DNA of 64,000 bases from Macrostomum lignano (taxonomy: Eukaryota): assembly GCA_002269645.1 (NCBI GenBank), contig NIVC01002591.1:58645-122644 (forward strand). The letters are read 5' to 3'. Shown here piece after piece: positions 1 to 9,444 of the stretch. Every line of letters begins with the position of its first letter. Position 1 is the first letter of the stretch. Under the pieces are notes generated by a model. It was not told the origin of the DNA. It was given only the letters and a program-made list of their open reading frames with translations, and searched no databases. The position numbers and the translations under genes are program-made.

Positions 1-409
1 AATTTTATTAAGTGGGCCTATTTAATTTACTAGGTCTAACCTAATATAGTAATGTATTGAATAAAATTCATAAAGCATACCCTATCAGGCTATTGTATGC
101 CTAGATATATTGTTACAAAATAGCATTATTCATAGAAAAGTCTTAAACTTTAATGCCCATATTCATATAACAATAGACCTAGCTTAATAAATTATATTCT
201 ATTTTAAATTATTTTTTATTTTTTTATTAAAAATCAATAAGAATGTCTAGCTGCAAAAATTCTAATAAAGCTATTTTAATTTTTCCTCAACTTGTTATTT
301 GTATTGATCAAAATTATATGGTTAAGTTGTATAAAAACATTAATATTGATCCATTTTCTTTTTTGTCATTTTACATTTTGAATGGATATTTCTTTTTCCT
401 AATTCACAG

Positions 410-2948
410 ATGCCAAGCGACTCATTGGGCGCAAGTTTGATGATTCTGTAGTCCAACAAGACATGAAGCATTGGCCTTTCACTGTCATCAATGATTCTGG
501 CAGGCCTAAGATTCAAGTTGAGTACAAAGGTGAAACTAAGACCTTCTTTGCTGAGGAGATTTCTTCCATGGTCTTGACAAAGATGAAGGAGACTGCAGAG
601 GCATACCTGGGAAAGACCGTCACTGATGCTGTTGTCACTGTGCCTGCCTACTTCAATGATAGTCAGCGTCAAGCCACCAAGGATGCTGGTGCCATTGCTG
701 GCCTGAATGTGCTGCGCATCATCAACGAGCCCACAGCTGCTGCCATTGCATATGGTCTAGACAAGAAGAGTGGCCACGAGAGGAATGTGCTCATCTTTGA
801 CCTCGGTGGTGGCACCTTCGATGTGTCCATCCTGACAATCGAAGAGGGCATCTTCGAGGTGAAGTCGACTGCTGGAGACACCCATCTGGGCGGTGAGGAC
901 TTTGACAACAGGATGGTGAACCATTTCATCCAGGAGTTCAAGCGCAAGTACAAGAAGGACATGAGTGACAACAAGCGCGCTGTGAGGCGTCTGCGCACTG
1001 CCTGCGAGAGGGCCAAGCGAACTCTGAGCAGCGCCGCCCAGGCCAACATCGAGATTGACAGCCTATACGAGGGTATTGACTTCTACACGAGCATCACCAG
1101 GGCTCGCTTCGAGGAGCTCAACGCCGACCTGTTCCGCGGCACCCTCGAGCCAGTCGAGAAGTCGCTGCGTGACGCCAAGCTCGACAAGGCGTCCATCAAC
1201 GAGATTGTGCTGGTGGGCGGCTCGACTCGAATCCCGAAGATCCAGAAGCTGCTGCAGGTGAGCAACTTGAAGTTTTTTAGATACTTCTTAGAAATTAAAG
1301 CTTGAGTAGTTAATTCAGCTGTTCTGCGAACTCAGATGATGATATTCTGTAAGGTATTCGCGGTTTCGACAGACGGACCTGCAGTGGGTTCTCTGATGCC
1401 CAAGACCTTCCTTAGTCTGATGCTGAGATTCGCACCTTCAGTAGGATTACTTATTTGCTTATTGTTAGTGTAGGCTAAAGCACTGGCCAGCCAGAGCTCT
1501 CTCAGATGATGATATTCTGTAAGGTATTCGCGGTTTCGACAGACGGACCTGCAGTGGGTTCTCTGATGCCCAAGACCTTCCTTAGTCTGATGCTGAGATT
1601 CGCACCTTCAGTAGGATTACTTATTTGCTTATTGTTAGTGTAGGCTAAAGCACTGGCCAGCCAGAGCTCTCTCAGATGATGATATTCTGTAAGGTATTCG
1701 CGGTTTCGACAGACGGACCTGCAGTGGGTTCTCTGATGCCCAAGACCTTCCTTAGTCTGATGCTGAGATTCGCACCTTCAGTAGGATTACTTATTTGCTT
1801 ATTGTTAGTGTAGGCTAAAGCACTGGCCAGCCAGAGCTCTCTCAGATGATGATATTCTGTAAGGTATTCGCGGTTTCGACAGACGGACCTGCAGTGGGTT
1901 CTCTGATGCCCAAGACCTTCCTTAGTCTGATGCTGAGGCTGGCCCAGTGGGGAGCTCGGAACAAAGCAAAGCAGTCCATCTGTAATCCCCATCGTCATCC
2001 CCACCCGCCATCTCGCAGGACTTCTTCAGCGGCAAGGAGCTCAACAAGTCAATCAACCCGGACGAGGCCGTCGCCTACGGCGCCGCCGTCCAGGCCGCCA
2101 TTCTGCACGGCGACAAGTCCGAGGCGGTGCAGGACCTCCTGCTGCTGGACGTGACGCCACTGTCGCTCGGCATCGAGACCGCTGGCGGCGTGATGACGGC
2201 CCTCATCAAGCGGAACACCACCATCCCCACCAAGCAGACGCAGACGTTCACCACCTACTCGGACAACCAGCCTGGCGTTCTAATCCAGGTGTACGAAGGC
2301 GAGCGCGCCATGACCAAGGACAACAACCTGCTGGGCAAGTTCGAGCTGTCCGGCATCCCGCCGGCTCCGCGCGGAGTCCCCCAGATCGAGGTGACCTTCG
2401 ACATCGACTCCAACGGCATTCTCAACGTGTCCGCCGTGGAGAAAAGCACCAACAAGGAGAACAAGATCACCATCACCAACGACAAGGGCCGTCTCAGCAA
2501 GGAGGACATCGAGCGGATGGTCAACGAGGCCGAGCGCTACAAGGCCGAGGACGACAAGCAGAAGGAGCGCGTCTCGGCCAAGAACTCGCTCGAGAGCTAC
2601 GCCTTCTCCATGCGCCAGACTGTCGAGGACGAGAAGCTCAAGGACAAGATCTCCGAGGACGACAAGAAGACCATCCTGGACAAGTGCAACGACGTCATCA
2701 AGTGGCTCGACGCCAACCAGACCGCCGAGAAGGACGAATACGACCATCAGCAGAAGGAGCTCGAGAAGGTGTGCAACCCCATCATCACCAAGCTGTACCA
2801 GGCCGCTGGCGGAGCCGGTGGAATGCCCGGTAGCATGCCTGGCGGCTTCCCCGGTGGCGCTCCTGGTGCTGGCGCTGCTGGCGGCCAGAGCGGCGGCGGC
2901 GGCGGCAGCGGTGGCGGCTCCGGCCCCACCATCGAGGAGGTCGACTAA
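410..2948 (+). CDS. hsp70: Cytosolic Hsp70/Hsc70, copy A (5'-partial). Exons 410-1257 and 2019-2948; the first exon lies upstream of the window
   Basis: Acceptor ...cacag|ATGCCAAGCGA at 409/410 (phase 1, [10 protein letters not shown]). Donor CTGCAG|gtgagc at 1257/1258, acceptor tctcgcag|GACTTC at 2018/2019, joining [25 protein letters not shown]. Hsp70 signatures [14 protein letters not shown] and [14 protein letters not shown]; GGMPG tail and GPTIEEVD C-terminus; TAA 2946-2948. Confidence 0.97.
1331..1427 (+). ncRNA. U14: U14-type box C/D snoRNA, unit A1 (intronic in Hsp70 A)
   Basis: Box C ATGATGA 1336-1342. Domain A TATTCGCGGTTTC 1355-1367 is antisense to the conserved 18S segment GAAACCGCGAAUG. 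Domain B CCTTCCTTAG 1406-1415 is antisense to 18S CUAAGGAAGG. Box D CTGA 1417-1420; terminal complementarity CTCAG/CTGAG. U14 is known to be hosted in hsc70 introns in vertebrates. Confidence 0.88.
1501..1597 (+). ncRNA. U14: U14-type box C/D snoRNA, unit A2
   Basis: Identical to A1, offset 170 bp. Confidence 0.85.
1671..1767 (+). ncRNA. U14: U14-type box C/D snoRNA, unit A3
   Basis: Identical to A1, offset 340 bp. Confidence 0.85.
1841..1937 (+). ncRNA. U14: U14-type box C/D snoRNA, unit A4 (nearest the 3' splice site)
   Basis: Identical to A1, offset 510 bp. Ends 81 nt upstream of the acceptor at 2018, the usual position for intronic C/D snoRNAs. Confidence 0.88.
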
Positions 2949-3803
2949 AAATAGTGTGAAATCTGACTGGAACATCAATTATCAGTGAAGAATTCTGTTT
3001 GTCAGCTTTGACCCTGGCTTGTACCTGGATTATAATACTTCCCCGAGCTGAAACATTCGCTACATGCGACTTGTCTAATTAATGATCATATGACGGTGTA
3101 CTTTTATTGCTGCTACTCCATCTCCTTGTTCGCCATCACATCCCAGTCTTGTTGATGTCAGAATTTTTGTTCTGAGGAGGATTAATAATTCAATAATAAA
3201 CAAGTTTTGTAATATTAATAACTAAAAATACCAATAATAATAATATAATCTGTTATTTTCGTCATCAAACGTAAGATTTCCTCCCACTATGTCATATAGT
3301 CTCACTTCTGTAGATTATTAAAACCGCTGTGTCATTTTTGGCTTCAGTAGTGAGATTTTTTGTCAGCCTTGTTTTTCTTTCAGCCCTTTTGACTAAAACA
3401 ATTGTTTTTTTGTCCGGGGTTGCATCGCCTTGACCTGCTCCAGTTTTCTACAAACAAATACTTAGCATACCGCATAAGTAAGCATTTCGTCTTCATTTTA
3501 AACCGAAAAAATATACAGTTTGGTTCATTTATTTCCAGGCGTTCTCGCGGCGCTAGGCCTATACTTTTCTAGGCCTTATATTCGGTTTTTCAATTATTCA
3601 GTTTCAAAAATGTCCGGTTTTGGATTATTTTTACTTGGTTAAAGAACGTCGACTGGTTCAGTATGTGGTTCAGTATTTATTACTGTATTACCGACTCTGC
3701 GGACTCATACATGCGCAACCTTGGGAATCACTCGGCCGTTTCTATTGGCAACACACACATGTAATTCGCTATTGGCTGAGAGCAGTCACGTGACTACCAC
3801 ATG

Positions 3804-4187
3804 ATTACCGCACACTTAAATCCTTTCCCATAAAAGATTGCCCAATACTAACATTTTCCATGGTATATTTCCAATTACTATTGAAAATACTACCAAATAG
3901 TGCTTCTGAAAATACTCCAATGGGAAATCCCCTGTGGCGGGAAATACTCAAATCGGGAATCTTCTGTGGGAAATACTGAAATCAGGAATTTCCTGCCTAG
4001 TGGGAAATACTGAAATCAGGAATTACCTGCCTAGTGGGAAATACTGAAATTGAGAATTTCCTGGTGGGAAATACGCAAATTGGGAATCTCCTGTGAGAGC
4101 TACTTATAAATTTGAAATAGGAAATATTAATCATTGACCTGGCAATCTTTTATGGGAAAAAGGATTTAAGTGTAGATGTACGGTAAT
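3804..4187. mobile_element. Foldback/MITE-like element with ~40-bp imperfect terminal inverted repeats and internal GGGAAATACT repeats
   Basis: attaccg-cacacttaaatcctttcccataaaagattgcc (3804-3842) is the reverse complement of ggcaatcttttatgggaaaaaggatttaagtgt...cggtaat (4141-4187). No TSD identified. Confidence 0.55.
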
Positions 4188-6087
4188 AAATGGGAAAATG
4201 GGCAATTTATTCCCATAAATTGGTCTGTCACTTGAAAAAACGTTTAAAAAAAGACAAGACCAATTTAACATGAAAAATCGATTAATGCGTCGTTATAGAG
4301 CAGCAGTGTGAGGCACAAAAATAGTGTGCAGTGTGATTAGAACTTTCCTTGACACTGTTAAGAGACCCAAACACTTTTAGTTTTGAAAATCGTGAAATTT
4401 CCTATCTCAGTATTGTTTTCCGGTGAAACCTGCCTTAAAAACTATTTCTGAACGAAAAGTTTTATGAATATTGATAGAGCAATAAGAAAGGCACAGCATA
4501 TCAAAAAGATGAACACTGGATCTGCCTCCTATCAAAAGCAATAATAATTTTTGTGCTGAAAAAATGAAAACCTCTTATCTCTGTTTACACGTGTATTTTT
4601 CGGCGAAAAGTTGCCTTCAAAACATTTACCATAGATTTCGAGTGTAGCGTCCTTCTACTTAAGTTGTCCTTGGTAATATTTAGTGTAGCTAGCAATCGAT
4701 TTCAGTTAAGCTTCCTAATTTTGTAAAGCTACATGGAAATCCATTTAATCCTGTCTGTCCTTTCTTACATGTACATTTTGCAACCATTGCACCGACTAAA
4801 TCAATGGTGCGTATGTCATTTACAAGTACATCTAACATCTACAGTGTACATTATATATACTTTATATGTACATGTATCTGCAGAAAGTTTACTTACAGAC
4901 CACGCAGACATGGACAGAGACAATTATAATGTATGCAAAGTACATGGACATGTACATGTATACGTCGCTTCTATATAATAGTGTTGCATTTAGCTTTCCG
5001 AAGTAGCGATTACATTGTACTTTTGACTCTTAATTATTGTTTGATCAGTATTCCTCGGCACAGGAGACCACTTGAACTATTTAAAATTACCGGTGTCTGC
5101 ATTTGGTACATGTACACAGATTTGTTTAGAAAGCTCCATATAGCATTTTTATTATGGAGACAAGCCATGGTTCTGAGACTCTGGGAAATATGCTTGACTT
5201 TTCATCAACTGCAGCTTTACACGTAGCTTGCTCGTATCAATAAAGTTAATAAACTACGAAAATAAAGCTGTCTTAATGGACCTGTAGACTGTAGTTGTAT
5301 GAATTAATGCATTAATGCGTAAGTTAGTATCGCATATTTACTATACGCGTATAAAGTACGAGCTGCAACCTAGGAAAATATCAATTACGGGCTCGGGCTG
5401 CATGTACATTTAGAGCCCGCGACGCAAAATCTCTACGAGTGTAAGACTTCTTTCCAAAATGATGGACTTTAAATGTACGTTTTTTATCAAACATACTGTG
5501 TAGTACAAATATTTCCAGGAAATACCGATGTCTTTAGTGAAGTCGTCGTTCGCAAGCAATTGTTTGTGGCTAAGCCGCTGTGAGTTAACTTAAGGACAGA
5601 AATATTTAACTTCCGCGCTAGGTTTCTCTGGTATTTTCATTTCATGACAACTACAAGTAAAAAAACAAATTAGTACATTGTAACTACCAAAATTAAGTGA
5701 TTTTCCAATAACCTGAGAAACTTGAGAAATAAAGGGTCCGGTAGTTTTTATAAAGATTAACATTTTTAACAAAAACCAAAAACTTAAATAAAATATTATT
5801 GGTATGTAATAAGTTGACTTTTAAGTTCGAACTGGATAATTTTGTATTTTAGTATTTAGCTTACAGGCCAGATGGAAGAGGCAGAGTAAAAAAACTGCTG
5901 TAAATTGGCATATTTAAAAAAACCAGACACCTGCAAAAGGTCGATCGCATCGATGAAATTCGATCTAACAGCCAGCATGGTACTGACGCTCGGGTACACG
6001 CAACCACTTTACTCTTACTTATAAGGTTTAGTTATTAAAAACGGACTGTCACAAAAGCCACCAAAGCAGCACTTTCGTTTAGAAACT

Positions 6088-9000
6088 TTAGTCGACCTCC
6101 TCGATGGTGGGGCCGGAGCCGCCACCGCTGCCGCCGCCGCCGCTCTGGCCGCCAGCAGCGCCAGCACCAGGAGCGCCACCGGGGAAGCCGCCAGGCATGC
6201 TACCGGGCATTCCACCGGCTCCGCCAGCGGCCTGGTACAGCTTGGTGATGATGGGGTTGCACACCTTCTCGAGCTCCTTCTGCTGATGGTCGTATTCGTC
6301 CTTCTCGGCGGTCTGGTTGGCGTCGAGCCACTTGATGACGTCGTTGCACTTGTCCAGGATGGTCTTCTTGTCGTCCTCGGAGATCTTGTCCTTGAGCTTC
6401 TCGTCCTCGACAGTCTGGCGCATGGAGAAGGCGTAGCTCTCGAGCGAGTTCTTGGCCGAGACGCGCTCCTTCTGCTTGTCGTCCTCGGCCTTGTAGCGCT
6501 CGGCCTCGTTGACCATCCGCTCGATGTCCTCCTTGCTGAGACGGCCCTTGTCGTTGGTGATGGTGATCTTGTTCTCCTTGTTGGTGCTTTTCTCCACGGC
6601 GGACACGTTGAGAATGCCGTTGGAGTCGATGTCGAAGGTCACCTCGATCTGGGGGACTCCGCGCGGAGCCGGCGGGATGCCGGACAGCTCGAACTTGCCC
6701 AGCAGGTTGTTGTCCTTGGTCATGGCGCGCTCGCCTTCGTACACCTGGATTAGAACGCCAGGCTGGTTGTCCGAGTAGGTGGTGAACGTCTGCGTCTGCT
6801 TGGTGGGGATGGTGGTGTTCCGCTTGATGAGGGCCGTCATCACGCCGCCAGCGGTCTCGATGCCGAGCGACAGTGGCGTCACGTCCAGCAGCAGGAGGTC
6901 CTGCACCGCCTCGGACTTGTCGCCGTGCAGAATGGCGGCCTGGACGGCGGCGCCGTAGGCGACGGCCTCGTCCGGGTTGATCGACTTGTTGAGCTCCTTG
7001 CCGCTGAAGAAGTCCTGCGAGATGGCGGGTGGGGATGACGATGGGGATTACAGATGGACTGCTTTGCTTTGTTCTGAGCTCCCCACTGGGCCAGCCTTCG
7101 CATCAGACTAAGGAAGGTCTTGGGCATCAGAGAACCCACTGCAGGTCCGTCTGTCGAAACCGCGAATACCTTACAGAATATCATCATCTGAGAGAGCTCT
7201 GGCTGGCCAGTGCTTTAGCCTACACTAACAATAAGCAAATAAGTAATCCTACTGAAGGTGCGAATCTCAGCATCAGACTAAGGAAGGTCTTGGGCATCAG
7301 AGAACCCACTGCAGGTCCGTCTGTCGAAACCGCGAATACCTTACAGAATATCATCATCTGTGAGAGCTCTGGCTGGCCAGTCATACATGCGCAACAGTCG
7401 GCCGAGTCGGCCGACTGATTTGGCAGCCAACCAAGGAAGTCGCAAAAAATGCCCACCCAAAAAATACCCACGCAGTAGTACTAAGTAGCTGACGAGGCAT
7501 TTTTGCCTGATAAGACAGTCATAGTTACTCCCGCCGTTTACCCAAAGTTGCGTTAATTTTGCTTTAGGGTTTTTTTTACATGTAAGTCGCATTTTTGGCC
7601 AAAAACTACGTCGCATTTTTGTTAAAACTAAGTCGCACGGCCGACCGAATTTTGGACGTTGCGCATGTATGTGGCCAGTGCTTTAGCCTACACTAACAAT
7701 AAGCAATAAGTAATCCTACTGCAGGTGCGAATCTCAGCATCAGACTAAGGAAGGTCTTGGGCATCAGAGAACCCACTGCAGGTCCGTCTGTCGAAACCGC
7801 GAATACCTTACAGAATATCATCATCTGAGTTCGCAGAACAGCTGAATTAACTACTCAAGCTTTAATTTCTAAGAAGTATCTAAAAAACTTCAAGTTGCTC
7901 ACCTGCAGCAGCTTCTGGATCTTCGGGATTCGAGTCGAGCCGCCCACCAGCACAATCTCGTTGATGGACGCCTTGTCGAGCTTGGCGTCACGCAGCGACT
8001 TCTCGACTGGCTCGAGGGTGCCGCGGAACAGGTCGGCGTTGAGCTCCTCGAAGCGAGCCCTGGTGATGCTCGTGTAGAAGTCAATACCCTCGTATAGGCT
8101 GTCAATCTCGATGTTGGCCTGGGCGGCGCTGCTCAGAGTTCGCTTGGCCCTCTCGCAGGCAGTGCGCAGACGCCTCACAGCGCGCTTGTTGTCACTCATG
8201 TCCTTCTTGTATTTGCGCTTGAACTCCTGGATGAAATGGTTCACCATCCTGTTGTCAAAGTCCTCACCGCCCAGATGGGTGTCTCCAGCAGTCGACTTCA
8301 CCTCGAAGATGCCCTCCTCGATTGTCAGGATGGACACATCGAAGGTGCCACCACCGAGGTCAAAGATGAGCACATTCCTCTCGTGGCCACTCTTCTTGTC
8401 TAGACCATATGCAATGGCAGCCGCTGTGGGCTCATTGATGATGCGCAGCACATTCAGGCCAGCAATGGCACCAGCATCCTTGGTGGCTTGACGCTGACTA
8501 TCATTGAAGTAGGCAGGCACAGTGACAACAGCATCAGTGACGGTCTTTCCCAGGTATGCCTCTGCAGTCTCCTTCATCTTTGTCAAGACCATGGAAGAGA
8601 TCTCTTCAGCAAAGAAGCTTTTAGTTTCACCTTTGAACTCAACTTGAATTTTTGGCCGACTGCCATCATTGACAACAGTGAAGGGCCAATGCTTCATGTC
8701 TTGTTGGACAACAGAATCATCAAACTTGCGTCCAATGAGTCGCTTTGCATCTGTAAGTGAATTAATTAATAGTAAAATATAAGCTTTGAAATTTGCAAAA
8801 CTAAAGCTAGGCTAGGCCTAATGACGGCAATTGTAAAGAATAGCTATGCCTCAGGATTTATAAGCAATATATAGGACATTTTAGACAGGTTTTAAAACTT
8901 TTGGGACTGTGGATTTATAATAAAATTACTTATTTCACTCGACTTAATTTAAGCCACAACTTAAACGACAGGTCAAAGCAGATATTCTTGGTCAATCGCC

Positions 9001-9292
9001 AAGTCATCGACTTATCGTAGGTACCTAATCTAATTAATGCATACTAAATTATCAAGTAAAAAAGATGACAGAAAGAATATGACTTACCAAACACAGTATT
9101 GGAAGGATTTAGCGCCACCTGATTTTTAGCCGAATCACCGATGAGCCTTTCGGTATCAGTAAATGCAACATAGCTGGGAGTTGTTCGGTTGCCCTGATCG
9201 TTGGCAATAATTTCAACCTTACCGTGCTGGAAGACACCAACACACGAGTAGGTTGTACCCAGATCAATACCAATTGCAGGAGTTTTAGACAT
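6088..9292 (-). CDS. hsp70: Cytosolic Hsp70/Hsc70, copy B (complete, 659 aa). Exons 9292-9088, 8750-7903, 7014-6088
   Basis: [21 protein letters not shown] start. GT-AG introns at 9087/8751 (phase 1, after 205 nt, the same position as the first coding intron of vertebrate HSPA8) and 7902/7015 (phase 0). Exon lengths 205+848+927 = 1980 nt; ends GPTIEEVD*. Confidence 0.97.
7096..7192 (-). ncRNA. U14: U14-type snoRNA, unit B3 (nearest the 3' splice site)
   Basis: Box C 7181-7187, box D 7103-7106. 3' flank variant TGCGAAG instead of TGCTGAG; 81 nt from the acceptor at 7015. Confidence 0.8.
7266..7362 (-). ncRNA. U14: U14-type snoRNA, unit B2
   Basis: Box C 7351-7357, box D 7273-7276. 5' stem variant CACAG instead of CTCAG. 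Confidence 0.8.
7382..7671. mobile_element. 290-bp hAT-like MITE inserted in a U14 spacer
   Basis: Perfect 14-bp TIRs CATACATGCGCAAC (7382-7395) / GTTGCGCATGTATG (7658-7671), with an 8-bp TSD TGGCCAGT at 7374-7381 and 7672-7679. The empty site is visible in the other spacers. An 8-bp TSD is typical of hAT. Confidence 0.9.
7733..7829 (-). ncRNA. U14: U14-type snoRNA, unit B1
   Basis: Reverse complement of the A-unit sequence: box C at 7818-7824, box D at 7740-7743. Confidence 0.85.
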
Positions 9293-9413
9293 ATTAAAGT
9301 TATTTGCTTAAGTTGTATTTATTAATATACTAATACAAACTAGATTTACAAATATAGCTAGCTTAGAGAACTTTCTGACGCCGTGTGTAAGGAAAAAGTG
9401 TTTGAATTGCCGC

Positions 9414-9444
9414 CTTTATAAAGGGGCGTAGAAAATTCTAGAAT
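9414..9444 (-). promoter_or_regulatory. Hsp70 B promoter: TATA box plus a perfect 3-unit heat-shock element
   Basis: aGAAaaTTCtaGAAt at 9430-9444 (nGAAnnTTCnnGAAn). TATAAAG on the minus strand at 9420-9414, ~120 nt upstream of the ATG. A further GAAnnTTC lies at ~9368-9375. Confidence 0.8.

Larger units (their letters stand above)
1331..1937. repeat. 170-bp tandem array (3.6 units = 4 snoRNA moieties + 3 spacers of 73 nt)
   Basis: ctcagatgatgatattc... recurs at 1331, 1501, 1671 and 1841. Confidence 0.97.

Noticed and set aside
2280-2978. Antisense ORFs over the Hsp70 exons (also 669-1049, 6286-6753, 8111-8491)
   Set aside because: The known shadow of high-GC3 Hsp70 coding sequence.
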